A stretch of 36,401 bases of DNA from Pseudomonadota bacterium (GTDB lineage Bacteria > Pseudomonadota > Alphaproteobacteria > Rhodobacterales > Rhodobacteraceae). The stretch spans positions 1 to 36,401 of the forward strand of contig JBCCWM010000001.1 of the NCBI GenBank assembly GCA_039193505.1, given 5' to 3'. Position numbers and translations under genes: made by a program. This document shows positions 36,401-36,401 of this stretch, piece by piece (within the stretch, counting starts at the first letter, position 1; the number at the start of each line of letters is the position of its first letter). The notes beneath the pieces were generated by a model that saw only the letters and a list, made by a program, of their open reading frames with translations, did not search any database and was not told the origin of the DNA.

Positions 36401-36401
36401 G
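36223..36401 (-). mobile_element. Right end of an IS481-family element
   Basis: The terminus TGTTCAGTCCCGGCATCTGGTGG begins with TGT, as IS481 ends do, and lies 1 nt from the LysR stop codon. Confidence 0.8.

Overview
GC-rich chromosomal window from an alphaproteobacterium, probably Rhodobacterales (inferred from gene content). It is bounded by two truncated IS elements: the start of an IS110/IS1111-type element at 1-143 and the end of an IS481-family element at 36223-36401. From left to right it holds: (i) a block of ialB-like, RpoE-like ECF sigma, class-3 asparaginase, DUF3445 and rlmN genes; (ii) an 11-gene minus-strand atypical type II secretion-like operon (gspF, gspE, pilM/N/O-like, a GspC/PilP-position gene, a TPR-lipoprotein secretin with a C-terminal extension, four pseudopilins), whose last pseudopilin tail is tandemly duplicated; (iii) a large peptide/amino-acid uptake and catabolism region (two Dpp/Opp-type ABC systems, C-N hydrolase, DAO-family oxidoreductase, N-formylglutamate amidohydrolase, ArgE-like and MlrC-like peptidases, two LysR regulators, an Lrp ligand-binding-domain protein and a universal stress protein with an FNR-type box). 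The most unusual signals are non-coding. Two copies of an 82-nt element fold into a perfect four-way junction and differ internally only in their loops. Two hairpins with unrelated stems both carry a G-quadruplex/i-motif loop. A double-CxxC gene also sits between two ABC permease genes, with a duplicated start sequence. All calls come from reading the sequence and recalled family motifs; no database searches were run.
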